From Thermoplasmata archaeon (GTDB lineage Archaea > Thermoplasmatota > Thermoplasmata > Thermoplasmatales > ARK-15): DNA of 64,000 bases. The notes under the pieces are model-generated. The model searched no databases. It was not told the origin of the DNA and saw only the letters and a program-made list of their open reading frames with translations. The stretch lies in contig JBMFTB010000002.1 of the NCBI GenBank assembly GCA_049967255.1, positions 2,747 to 66,746 of the forward strand, given 5' to 3'. The position numbers and the translations under genes were made by a program. Shown one piece after another: positions 37,032-45,997 of this stretch; position 1 is the stretch's first letter, and every line of letters begins with the position of its first letter.

Positions 37032-37667
37032 ATGAGAAAAAGTTCAAGAATTATACTTTCGCTCGATGTTGAGGATAGGAAAAGTGCCTTAGATATTGTT
37101 CAAATGCTCAAGGATCTTGTTGATGCTGTTAAGGTTGGTTATCCAATAGTGCTTGAAAATGGTATGGGAATAGTGGATGAAATTTCAAGAATAATTCCTG
37201 TAATATGTGATTTTAAGGTTGCAGACATTCCAAATACGAATATCCTCATTGCCAACATTGTTAAAAGGCATGGTGCTGAGGGTCTCATAGCCCATGGCTT
37301 TACAGGTTCAGATTCTCTTGAAGCAGTGGTAAAAGCCTTCAAACCAGGTTCCGTTTTTGCCGTTGTGGAAATGACGCATCCGGGAGCAACTGAATTTATG
37401 CAGGGAAAATCAATCCAGATTGCAAAAATGGCAATTTCAAAAGGTGTATCGGGTTTTATTGTACCAGGAACAAGGCCAGATAGAATAAAAATATATAGAG
37501 AAATGTCAAAAGATATATTGCTTCTTGCACCTGGCATAGGAGCTCAGGGAGGAGAAGCAAGAAGAGCTTTTGAAAATGGTGCAGATTATGTCATTATAGG
37601 TAGGGCAATTTACCATGCAAATGATCCTGTATCCGCAACAATGGAAATAATAAAATCCATCTCATAA
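37032..37667 (+). CDS. pyrF: Orotidine 5'-phosphate decarboxylase
   Basis: RIILSLDV..VKVGYP..DFKVADIPNT..APGIGAQGG..IIGRAIY. The start is set at ATG 37032. Confidence 0.85.
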   Translation: MRKSSRIILSLDVEDRKSALDIVQMLKDLVDAVKVGYPIVLENGMGIVDEISRIIPVICDFKVADIPNTNILIANIVKRHGAEGLIAHGFTGSDSLEAVVKAFKPGSVFAVVEMTHPGATEFMQGKSIQIAKMAISKGVSGFIVPGTRPDRIKIYREMSKDILLLAPGIGAQGGEARRAFENGADYVIIGRAIYHANDPVSATMEIIKSIS

Positions 37668-39230
37668 TATTTTTCTAACATAGGGACCAAATTTCTCATA
37701 GCCAAGTTTTCTATAATATTCTATTGCCCCTACTCCACTATTCACAAGAATGTATTTCCTGTCATAATCCTCCATGGAAATTCTTTCAGCTTCCTGCATG
37801 AGAAGTTTGCCGTAACCTTTGTGCTGGAATGCATTGATGTAAGTTCTGTTTACCGGAACTTCAGGTCCGAGGACCTTAAGTTCCCTCACCATTGAGCTTT
37901 TAAAGACCTCATGTCTATGCGCATTTTCTGATGGTATCCTTAGCCTGAGGTAACCTATGATTGCATCATTATTAATATCATCAAATGAAAGAAATATTTC
38001 CACACCACCGGATGCATTATAAATTTCTTTTCTCATCATTATTTCAGGCTCTTTTTTTATTTCACCTTTTTCATATTTTCTTCCAATCTCCCTGCACCTT
38101 ATGCAGTTGCAATGCAAGCCCATGGATTTTAATTTTTTATATGCAAGATCCCTTATATCCGATCTTTTTATACCATCAACTATTAATGGAACTGGTATGT
38201 CCCTTTCAACTCTTTGAATGCGCACCCATCTTGGTACAATTTTCTTAATCTCAACAAGAAGGTTAAGAAAATCATCGTCATGGTATGGAACGTACTTACC
38301 CTCTTTCCACCATCTGTAAAGTTCACTATTTTCAACAACAAGCGTCGGATAAATCTTAAGCATATCAGGCTTGTAATTATCGTCATCGAATATTTTCCTA
38401 AAGCTTTCAAGATCTTTTTCAGGGGTGCTTCCAGGCAAGCCAGGCATCATATGATAGCATACCTTCAAACCTGCATCCCTTGCAAGCTGCGTTGACCTTA
38501 TTACCTCCTTCTGCCCATGACCCCTGTGTACAAGATTCAAAATATCATCAAAAACAGATTGAACGCCAAGCTCTACCCTTGTTACACCTAGTGAAAGTGA
38601 AATGTCAATTTCCCTTTCATAAAACCAGTCAGGCCTTGTCTCAAATGTAAGACCTATCATCCTGTTTTCAGCAATTTCATTGTTAAGCATGGATTCTTCT
38701 ACATTTTTTGATAGGAAGCCATTCATTGCATCATACATTCCTTTGACAAAGTATTTCTGATATTCCTCAGATCTTGCCGTAACTGTTCCACCCATTACAA
38801 TTCCATCTATTTTGGATGTTGAATGCCCTATTGCCTGGAGCTGTTCTATTCTTGATCTCACTTGTTTGTAAGGGTCGTATTCATTCATTATCGCCCTCAA
38901 TGCTGCAGGTTCTTTACCCGTGTAGGATTGAGCAGTATTGTATTCAACACCTCCTGGACAATAAATGCATTTCCCATGGGGACAGGGGAATGGTGATGTC
39001 ATGGCTGCTATAATTGCAACACCGGATAGAGTTCTTGAAGGCTTTCTCATCAAAAGAGGTATATATTTTTCCCTCAAATTTTCAGGAATATTTTTTATGA
39101 CCTCGCTGTTCCTCGGAGGTGAAACATGATACATCTTAGAAACTAGCATTTTCAATTTTTCATATTCATCATGGTTTTCTATATTATTTTCAACAACGAT
39201 TTCAGCCAGAACCTTACCAGCATCAATCAT
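37662..39230 (-). CDS. elp3: Elp3-type radical SAM/GNAT tRNA U34 carboxymethyl-modification enzyme
   Basis: 522 aa. It has the CPHGKCIYCPGG cluster motif, a radical SAM core, and a C-terminal GNAT domain (QHKGYGKLLMQEAERI). Confidence 0.9.
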   Translation of the reverse strand: MIDAGKVLAEIVVENNIENHDEYEKLKMLVSKMYHVSPPRNSEVIKNIPENLREKYIPLLMRKPSRTLSGVAIIAAMTSPFPCPHGKCIYCPGGVEYNTAQSYTGKEPAALRAIMNEYDPYKQVRSRIEQLQAIGHSTSKIDGIVMGGTVTARSEEYQKYFVKGMYDAMNGFLSKNVEESMLNNEIAENRMIGLTFETRPDWFYEREIDISLSLGVTRVELGVQSVFDDILNLVHRGHGQKEVIRSTQLARDAGLKVCYHMMPGLPGSTPEKDLESFRKIFDDDNYKPDMLKIYPTLVVENSELYRWWKEGKYVPYHDDDFLNLLVEIKKIVPRWVRIQRVERDIPVPLIVDGIKRSDIRDLAYKKLKSMGLHCNCIRCREIGRKYEKGEIKKEPEIMMRKEIYNASGGVEIFLSFDDINNDAIIGYLRLRIPSENAHRHEVFKSSMVRELKVLGPEVPVNRTYINAFQHKGYGKLLMQEAERISMEDYDRKYILVNSGVGAIEYYRKLGYEKFGPYVRKIL

Positions 39231-39469
39231 AGCATATCTGCCTTTATTATTGTGTTTGTTTGTACATCCCCGACACTGACAAATTCCTCAATAAATTTTA
39301 GTGCTTTTACCTCATCGGGTGCTTCGTAAATTATCATTGCATCTGGCTTGCCTAGAAGCACATAGGTACCAATGATATTTATATAATCTGGCTTGTGCAT
39401 TTTCTTCAACACGTTTGAAAGGTTAGGATACCTTTCATGGCTAGCGGTTATGAAAGTAACGAACATCAT
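39227..39469 (-). CDS. GYD-domain family small protein
   Basis: 80 aa. IGTYVLLGKPDAMIIYEAPDEVKALKFIEEFVSVGDVQTNTI matches the GYD-family pattern (G-x-x-D..EaPD..l.....G.v.t.T). The stop overlaps the elp3 ATG by 4 nt. Confidence 0.55.
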   Translation of the reverse strand: MMFVTFITASHERYPNLSNVLKKMHKPDYINIIGTYVLLGKPDAMIIYEAPDEVKALKFIEEFVSVGDVQTNTIIKADML

Positions 39470-39574
39470 GCTTGCTAATAAAAATAAACAATTTATTAAA
39501 TTTAACCCTTAAAAGATGCCATGGTCTTAAATCATCGAAAACTATATAATTAAAAAAGAATTCTCTTCTTTCAA

Positions 39575-40156
39575 ATGTATTTGATTATTGAAAATGAGGA
39601 TGTATTACGCATACCCCCTGATATGCTTGGTGAAGATCCGGACAAGGTGATCAGGGAATTGGCTTACAACAAAATGGAGGGACATGTTAAATCATTCGAA
39701 AAAAAGGATGTGCCAGATCCACAGGAAAGAAAGTTCATTATTATTGCCATCCTTGATGTAAAGAGGGATGGTTATGGTAGAATAATCCCTGGTGACGGTG
39801 GTGTTTACCAGAAAATCATTTATAAGGCTCTTGTTTTTCATCCTGAAATGCAGGAGGTTTTGGAAGGGAACATTGTTGATATTGTCAACTTTGGAGCATT
39901 TGTTAGGTTCAGTGTTCTTGACGGACTTCTTCACATAAGCCAGGTGATGGATGATAGATTTGACATAGATCTTGATGGAAAGAGGCTCATTGGGAAGGAT
40001 AGTAAAAAGGAGCTCAGGGTAAATGACAAGGTAAGGGTAAGGATAGTATCACTATCCATTAATGATGAGAACTTGAGGGATAGCAGAATAGGCCTAACAA
40101 TGAGGCAGCCTGGCCTAGGAAAGCTGGAGGACATTGATAAAAATGAAAGATCTTAG
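39575..40156 (+). CDS. rpoE: DNA-directed RNA polymerase subunit E' (Rpo7) with S1 domain
   Basis: An N-terminal Rpb7-like fold is followed by the S1 motif EGNIVDIVNFGAFVRF..GLLHISQV; 193 aa. Confidence 0.85.
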   Translation: MYLIIENEDVLRIPPDMLGEDPDKVIRELAYNKMEGHVKSFEKKDVPDPQERKFIIIAILDVKRDGYGRIIPGDGGVYQKIIYKALVFHPEMQEVLEGNIVDIVNFGAFVRFSVLDGLLHISQVMDDRFDIDLDGKRLIGKDSKKELRVNDKVRVRIVSLSINDENLRDSRIGLTMRQPGLGKLEDIDKNERS

Positions 40157-40334
40157 AGCATGCAGGAAATGTGGCAGGATTACCAAAGATTTAAAATGCC
40201 CTGACCCAGAATGCGGTGGAGAAACAACGCTTGAATGGGACGGGTATATTTATGTTATAAACCCCTCATCATCAACACTTGCAAAAAACATAGGTAAAAA
40301 TAAAGATGGGGAATATGCAATTAAAACCAGGTGA
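40143..40334 (+). CDS. spt4: Transcription elongation factor Spt4 / RNAP subunit E''
   Basis: Zinc ribbon ACRKCGRI..CPDPECGG, followed by W.G...VI.P..S..A. It lies directly downstream of rpoE, as is usual in archaea. Confidence 0.8.
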   Translation: MKDLRACRKCGRITKDLKCPDPECGGETTLEWDGYIYVINPSSSTLAKNIGKNKDGEYAIKTR

Positions 40335-40830
40335 GTATTTAAGACTCCCTGATGAATTGAGGGAAGAGCTTTCGAGGCCAGTTGGGTCTATTTATAAGGA
40401 AAATGAATTGAAACCTATTTTAACCGGCAAGAAAGTAATTTCAATAGGTGACGAGACGACGCTCACTCTATTCAGAGTTGGAATAATTCCAGATTTATCA
40501 ATATTCGATTTAAAAACAAAAAGGAAGATAATAACTGAAGATATATTGAAAAATTTTAAGCACAGGATCATAGTAACAAATCCACAGGGTTATTTAACCT
40601 ATTATTTATTCAGTGCAATAAAAATTGCTATGGAAAAAAATATACCTGCTATTCAGGTAATTGGTGAAGAGGATCTTGCATCATTGTTATGCATATCCAT
40701 GGCAAATAATGGCGTTATCATTATATACGGGATCCCAAATATGGGTCTAAACATAATTGAGATTAACGATGAAATTAAAAATAGGACCAATAATGTGCTG
40801 GAAAAGATGGTGGTAGAAAATGGAACTTGA
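40306..40830 (+). CDS. GTP-dependent dephospho-CoA kinase (DUF359/COG1909 family)
   Basis: ISIGDETT..PDLSIFDLKTKR..VIGEEDLASL matches DUF359 family blocks. An alternative start is ATG 40315. Confidence 0.6.
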   Translation: MGNMQLKPGEYLRLPDELREELSRPVGSIYKENELKPILTGKKVISIGDETTLTLFRVGIIPDLSIFDLKTKRKIITEDILKNFKHRIIVTNPQGYLTYYLFSAIKIAMEKNIPAIQVIGEEDLASLLCISMANNGVIIIYGIPNMGLNIIEINDEIKNRTNNVLEKMVVENGT

Positions 40831-41116
40831 AATAATAGAAAAAAAAGAAAATCCCCTGTTACATAGGACTGAAATAAATTTCAGGATAAGGTTTCAGAGG
40901 GAGAGGACACCCTCAAGAGCTGATGTTAGAAATATGATGGCAAAAAATTTTTCATCAGAGCTGGAAAGGGTGATCATAGACCATATGAGAACTTCATTCG
41001 GCCTTCATATGGTTACGGGTTATTGCAAGATCTATGAGAATGTTGATTTTGCAAAGAGAATCGAGCCAGATTACATACTAATTAGGCATGGACTAAAGGA
41101 AAAGAAGGGTGAATAA
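40820..41116 (+). CDS. rps24e: 30S ribosomal protein S24e
   Basis: [38 protein letters not shown]; 98 aa. Confidence 0.9.
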   Translation: MELEIIEKKENPLLHRTEINFRIRFQRERTPSRADVRNMMAKNFSSELERVIIDHMRTSFGLHMVTGYCKIYENVDFAKRIEPDYILIRHGLKEKKGE

Positions 41117-41117
41117 G

Positions 41118-41270
41118 ATGCAGAAAAGGGAACTTTATGAGATTAAAGATGGAAAGCTGATAAGAAAGAGAAAATCATGCCCAAAGTGTGGTCCTGGCGT
41201 ATTTTTAGCTGAGCATGAAAACAGGTACACATGCGGCAAGTGCGGTTATACGGAATTCAAAAAAAGTTAA
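41118..41270 (+). CDS. rps27ae: 30S ribosomal protein S27ae (zinc ribbon)
   Basis: A 50-aa ORF missing from the track because it is under 60 aa: [50 protein letters not shown]. The S24e-S27ae gene pair is conserved in archaea. Confidence 0.85.
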   Translation: MQKRELYEIKDGKLIRKRKSCPKCGPGVFLAEHENRYTCGKCGYTEFKKS

Positions 41271-41291
41271 AATTATTATTTTAATAAAGGC

Positions 41292-41365
41292 GGGTCCGTA
41301 GTGTAGTTGGGATAGCATAGGGGCTTCCGGAGCCTCAGGCTCGGGTTCAACTCCCGACGGGCCCG
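41292..41365 (+). tRNA. tRNA-Arg (anticodon CCG)
   Basis: Hand-folded. Acceptor GGGUCCG/CGGGCCC (one G-U pair), D stem GUGU/GCAU, anticodon stem GGGGC/GCCUC with loop UUCCGGA, T arm UCGGG-UUCAACU-CCCGA, discriminator G. No intron. Confidence 0.9.
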
Positions 41366-41401
41366 TTAATATTTATGAGCGAACTCTTTAAATAAAAACA
41401 A

Positions 41402-41686
41402 ATGTTACTTTTTATCATGACATTTGAGCCAAAACATAAGGTGTTGTTAAATAATGATTCTATGAGAATATGGTATGAAAATGTAGGTTCAGGTTCAAAT
41501 ATCATGGCTGATGTTTATTTAAGAATTTTAGGGTTATTTTGTAAATTAAATAATACAGATTCTGAAGAAAATGTAGCGTTCTTCGCATTCCTTTCCTTTA
41601 AGGAATTTTCTTATATTACAGGTAAAAGTGTGATAATAGATGGTGGTGGTACAGCAGTTCAATTTATTGAGGATCTGAAAATATAA
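41402..41686 (+). pseudogene. Chimeric remnant: integrase-like N-terminal (SAM-like core-binding) fragment fused to the C-terminal tail of a short-chain dehydrogenase
   Basis: The first roughly 55 aa (..MRIWYENVGSGSNIMADVYLRILGLFCK..) resemble the N-terminal domain of archaeal tyrosine recombinases. The last roughly 35 aa (VAFFAFLSFKEFSYITGKSVIIDGGGT) match the canonical SDR C-terminus (FLaSdeasyiTGq.l.vDGG). Neither domain is complete. Confidence 0.5.
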
Positions 41687-41704
41687 TTCAGAGGTGAAAA
41701 GGAT

Positions 41705-43120
41705 ATGGAAGAAAGGAAGAGAAAAGTCTATCCATACATACCCAACTCTCATGAAGATGTACAGGAAGAAATGCTGAAGGAAATAGGAGTGAAGAGCTTT
41801 GAGGAGCTCTTGGACAAAATAATACCAAGAGAATTGCAGTATCAGGGATCTTTGAATCTGCCAAAATCGTTCCATTCAGAATACGAATTGAAAAGGTTTG
41901 TGGAAGGTGTGCTCTCAAAAAATAAAACATGTGAGGAATATATATGCTTTCTTGGAGGTGGCATATGGCCCCATTACGTACCAGCTATATGTGATGAAAT
42001 CGCATCTCGAGGGGAATTCTTGACCGCCTATGCGGGAGAACCTTATGAGGACCACGGTCGCTGGCAAGCATTGTTTGAATATGAAAGCCTTATGGCAGAG
42101 CTATTAGATATGGATGTAGTAAGTATCCCTATATATAGCTGGGGCCATGCAGCAGGGACATCCCTTAGAATGTCAAGCAGAATAACTGGAAGAAAAGAAG
42201 TTATTGTGGTGGATACCATTTCTCCTGAGAGGAAAAAGATAGTAAATAATTATATGGAACCATACATAAAAATAAGATGGATTAAACATGATGCTGAAAG
42301 CGGTCAGATGGATTTGGAGGAATTAAAAAGAGAACTTAGCGATAAGGTGGCTGCCGTTTACTTTGAAAATCCATCATATTTAGGATTAATAGAAACTCAG
42401 GGTAAAGAAATTTCTGATATGGCACATGAGAAAGGTGCCTTGGTTATTGTTGGCATCGACCCAAGCTCCTTAGGGATTCTTGAGCCACCTAGCCATTACG
42501 GTGCAGATATAGTTTGCGGCGAGTTGCAGCCCCTAGGCAATCACATGAATTTTGGAGGAAGTCTTGCTGGTTTTGTGGCAACACGAGATGATGAGAAATT
42601 TGTGAAGGAAATCCCCTACCGAATATTTGGTATTGCCCATACCACAATGCCGGAAGAATATGGATTTGGAGATGTAGCATTCGAGCGTACCTCATTTATG
42701 GTAAGAGAAGCACCAAGTGAAGCCAAAGAATTTGTTGGTACTGCATCTGCACTCTGGGGTGTGGTGGCCGGAGTTTATTTATCTCTTATGGGTCCTAAAG
42801 GAATGCAGGAACTGGGAGAAGGGATTGTAAAAAGGGTGAACTATGCAATCAAAAAGCTCTCACAGATTTCTGGGTTAAAAGTGCCGAGATTCCATTCATT
42901 TCATTTCAAAGAATTTGTGGTGGATTTCAACTCTTTCACTCTGAGCATTGAGGAGATCAATAGGCGCCTTCTGGACTATGGTATTATTGGAGGAATTGAC
43001 CTGTCTAAGCATTTCCCGGAGCTTGGAAATTCTGCCCTTTATTGTGTAACGGAGATACACACAAAAGAGGATATTGATAAACTATATAATGCCCTTAGTG
43101 AGATCTTGGGGGTGAATTAA
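41705..43120 (+). CDS. gcvPA: Glycine dehydrogenase (decarboxylating) subunit 1 (P-protein alpha)
   Basis: 471 aa. YIPNSHEDVQEEMLKEIG at the N-terminus; FLGGG.W.HYVPA; EYESLMAELLDMDV. GAGGTGA precedes the ATG. Confidence 0.9.
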   Translation: MEERKRKVYPYIPNSHEDVQEEMLKEIGVKSFEELLDKIIPRELQYQGSLNLPKSFHSEYELKRFVEGVLSKNKTCEEYICFLGGGIWPHYVPAICDEIASRGEFLTAYAGEPYEDHGRWQALFEYESLMAELLDMDVVSIPIYSWGHAAGTSLRMSSRITGRKEVIVVDTISPERKKIVNNYMEPYIKIRWIKHDAESGQMDLEELKRELSDKVAAVYFENPSYLGLIETQGKEISDMAHEKGALVIVGIDPSSLGILEPPSHYGADIVCGELQPLGNHMNFGGSLAGFVATRDDEKFVKEIPYRIFGIAHTTMPEEYGFGDVAFERTSFMVREAPSEAKEFVGTASALWGVVAGVYLSLMGPKGMQELGEGIVKRVNYAIKKLSQISGLKVPRFHSFHFKEFVVDFNSFTLSIEEINRRLLDYGIIGGIDLSKHFPELGNSALYCVTEIHTKEDIDKLYNALSEILGVN

Positions 43121-44698
43121 ATGGGGATAGTGAAATTGAGGAAGAATTTTCATCAGTCAAAATGGGATGAACCCATAATTTTCGAGTTAAGCACAGAAAA
43201 TGAGAGAGGAATTCACGTACCACCTGTTGAGAGGGATATAGAAGAATCATCTGGAAATTTGGAAACTTTAATCCCTGAAAGTATCAGGAGAAAGCAACCG
43301 CCATCCCTTCCTGAAGTTGCACAATTGAGAGTTTTGAGGCATTATATCCGCCTTTCCCAAGAGGTACTGGGTGTAGATGTAAACATAGACATCGGACAGG
43401 GCACTTGCACAATGAAATACAGCCCAAAAATAAACGAAGTGCTTGTTCGATCACGAAAGGTAACTGAAATTCATCCTTTACAACCAGAGGATACTGTCCA
43501 GGGTGCTCTGGAAATAATATACAATCTTGATCATATCCTTCGAGAACTCTCCGGGTTTTCAAGATTTGTATTCCAGCCTGGAGGTGGTTCTCAGGCTCTT
43601 TACACAATGGCATCCATAGTTTACAGGTATCACCAGGTAAAGGGTAATACGCATAAGGATGAGATCATCACAACTCTCCTATCACATCCATCGGATGCCG
43701 CCACTGCAAAAGTTAAAGGCTTTAAGGTCATAGATATTCCACCTGATCCAGAAACCGGGTTGCCAGATATGGATGCTTTTAGAGAGGCTATTTCTGAGAG
43801 AACTGCAGGAATGATAATATGCAATCCTGAAGACACGGAAATCTTCAATCCCCATATAAAAGAAATGACATCGATTATTCACGAAGTGGGCGGCATATGT
43901 GCCTATGATCAGGCAAATGCCAATGGATTGCTAGGGATTGTGAGAAGCATTGATTTAGGTTTCGATCTCGGATTTTACAATCTCCATAAAACATTCTCCT
44001 CACCCCACGGATGTGGTGGTCCTGGGTTAGGTGCTGTGGGTGTTATCAAAGAGCTTGAATCTTTTCTTCCTATACCAGTAGTTGATTATGATGAGAGTGG
44101 TAAGAAATACTATCTTAATTTTGATTTACCTAATACCATAGGAAAAGTCAGAGAATTTTACGGTTCTTTCCCTGTTATTCTCAGAGCCTATGCGTGGGTA
44201 AGGGTTCTTGGAGAAGAAGGTCTTAGAGAGGTTGCAAAGGTCTCAATTATTAACAATAATTATGTGATGAAGAAGATCCTCAATGAAGTGAAAGGTGCAT
44301 CCATATCCTTCCCCAAAACAGAGTACAGGGTAAGTCAGGTGAGATATTCCTTCAAGAAACTTGCCGATGAAACTGGAGTAACTGTGGAGGATGTAATAAG
44401 GAGAATTACTGATTTTGGATTTCATCTCTGGACGAGCCACCATCCATGGATAGTTCCGGAGCCATTCACAATCGAGCCCACGGAATCGTATTCAAAGGAT
44501 GATCTAGACGAATACGTGGAAGGATTGAAAACCATAACTCAGGAAGCATACGAAAATCCGGAAAGAGTAAAAAATGCTCCATTTAACAGCGTGATTCACA
44601 AAATTCAAGATATGAGCTTCTTTGAAGATCCCGAGAAATGGGCGCCCACATGGAGAGTTTATTTGAGAAAGCATCGCAATCAGGAGGTGCGAAAATAA
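43121..44698 (+). CDS. gcvPB: Glycine dehydrogenase (decarboxylating) subunit 2 (P-protein beta, PLP-binding)
   Basis: 525 aa. LGSCTMKY-like GQGTCTMKYSPK and the PLP-lysine region NLHKTFSSPHGCGGPG. The ATG immediately follows the gcvPA stop. Confidence 0.9.
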   Translation: MGIVKLRKNFHQSKWDEPIIFELSTENERGIHVPPVERDIEESSGNLETLIPESIRRKQPPSLPEVAQLRVLRHYIRLSQEVLGVDVNIDIGQGTCTMKYSPKINEVLVRSRKVTEIHPLQPEDTVQGALEIIYNLDHILRELSGFSRFVFQPGGGSQALYTMASIVYRYHQVKGNTHKDEIITTLLSHPSDAATAKVKGFKVIDIPPDPETGLPDMDAFREAISERTAGMIICNPEDTEIFNPHIKEMTSIIHEVGGICAYDQANANGLLGIVRSIDLGFDLGFYNLHKTFSSPHGCGGPGLGAVGVIKELESFLPIPVVDYDESGKKYYLNFDLPNTIGKVREFYGSFPVILRAYAWVRVLGEEGLREVAKVSIINNNYVMKKILNEVKGASISFPKTEYRVSQVRYSFKKLADETGVTVEDVIRRITDFGFHLWTSHHPWIVPEPFTIEPTESYSKDDLDEYVEGLKTITQEAYENPERVKNAPFNSVIHKIQDMSFFEDPEKWAPTWRVYLRKHRNQEVRK

Positions 44699-45816
44699 AG
44701 AAAATTGGATTAATAGTGAACCCCATCGCCGGAATGGGTGGCAGGGTAGGCTTAAAGGGCACTGACGGCTGGGATATCGTTGAAAAGGCAATGAAATTGG
44801 GAGCTAAACCATGGTCTGAAGAGAGAGCGGAAAGAATGCTCAGAACACTCTTACCTCTTTTGAAAGAGATAAAAATATTCACGTATCCAGGAGAAATGGG
44901 GGAGAATATTGCAAAAAAATTGGGATATGATGTGGAGGTCATAGGGAAAATTGAAGGCGAGAGAATCAGTGCGGAAGATACAAGAAGAGCAGCTAGGGAA
45001 ATGACGAGAAAAGGATGCGAACTCATACTCTTTGTGGGTGGTGATGGAACCACGAGAGATATTTACGACGCTGTGGGATTAAGTGTTCCAGTGATCGGAG
45101 TACCCGCAGGAGTAAAGATGTATTCTGCAGTTTTTGCCTCAGGCCCAGAAAGGGGCGGTGAACTCGCTGTTAAGTACTTGAGGGGAATGATAAAAGAACT
45201 CCAGGAAAGGGAAGTTATGGATATCGATGAAGAGAGGTATAGAAATGGAATTTTTGCAGTTCGCCTCTACGGATATCTCATGGTGCCTTACGATAAGAGA
45301 TACGTTATTGGAGGAAAATCTCCAACAGGCATTAGTGAAAAAGCAAATCAGGAGGCAATAGCCGTGGACATTATTGAAAATATGGATGATGAGACATACT
45401 ATATTCTTGGTCCTGGGACTACAACAAAGATGATTCTTAAGAAAATGGAGGTTAGATATTCATTATTGGGTGTGGATATTCTCTATAGAAGAAAGGTGGT
45501 AGGTTTAGACCTTAATGAAAGAGATATCCTTAGGATAATCGCTGGCAAGAAAACAAAAATAATAATAAGTCCCCTAGGTGGTCAAGGATATCTTTTTGGA
45601 CGTGGAAATCAACAGATTAGCCCTAGTGTTATAATGAGCGCTGGTGGAAAGAAAAGCATAATAATTGTAGCTACCCAGCAGAAAATATTAAATTTGGAAG
45701 GCAAACCTTTTCTTGTGGATACAAATGATCCACTACTTGACAGGCAACTTTCAGGGTGGTATAGAGTTATAACCGGCTACAGAGAACGGTGGATGTATCG
45801 AGTAGAATATGGGTAA
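44650..45816 (+). CDS. ATP-NAD kinase-fold protein (COG3199 / AcoX-like), function unknown
   Basis: IGLIVNPIAGMGG, LILFVGGDGTTRD (the GGDGT motif of NAD/diacylglycerol kinase folds) and IGVPAGVKMYS. The start (44650 or 44638) overlaps the gcvPB 3' end by 49-61 nt. Confidence 0.75.
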   Translation: MESLFEKASQSGGAKIKKIGLIVNPIAGMGGRVGLKGTDGWDIVEKAMKLGAKPWSEERAERMLRTLLPLLKEIKIFTYPGEMGENIAKKLGYDVEVIGKIEGERISAEDTRRAAREMTRKGCELILFVGGDGTTRDIYDAVGLSVPVIGVPAGVKMYSAVFASGPERGGELAVKYLRGMIKELQEREVMDIDEERYRNGIFAVRLYGYLMVPYDKRYVIGGKSPTGISEKANQEAIAVDIIENMDDETYYILGPGTTTKMILKKMEVRYSLLGVDILYRRKVVGLDLNERDILRIIAGKKTKIIISPLGGQGYLFGRGNQQISPSVIMSAGGKKSIIIVATQQKILNLEGKPFLVDTNDPLLDRQLSGWYRVITGYRERWMYRVEYG

Positions 45817-45954
45817 AAAGAGTTTATTATTTTTAGGATATGTAGTATGAAGATATACCTAGCATTTCCCGAATAATTCTAGCAGCTGGAAATCCTATAA
45901 TATTAGAGATATCATATTTTGTGTATAAGTCAAAAATATAAAAGGCTATAATTT

Positions 45955-45997
45955 TTAGGTAAAAGAAGTGGATTGTTCTAATTACCTAAGTTTTTTT
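45955..45997 (+). other. Hairpin followed by a T7 run in a long non-coding region
   Basis: TTAGGTAA (45955-45962) and TTACCTAA (45982-45989) are perfect inverted repeats separated by 19 nt. They are followed by G then TTTTTTT (45991-45997). Confidence 0.3.

Noticed and set aside
41546-41930. Minus-strand ORFs (109 and 80 aa) spanning the chimeric remnant and the gcvPA start
   Set aside because: They are antisense to a gene with a strong SD and clear GcvPA motifs. Their composition is nonsense-like.
44504-45053. Minus-strand ORFs (95 and 156 aa) across the gcvPB/COG3199 junction
   Set aside because: They are shadow frames opposite genes with clear family motifs. Higher local GC lengthens random ORFs.
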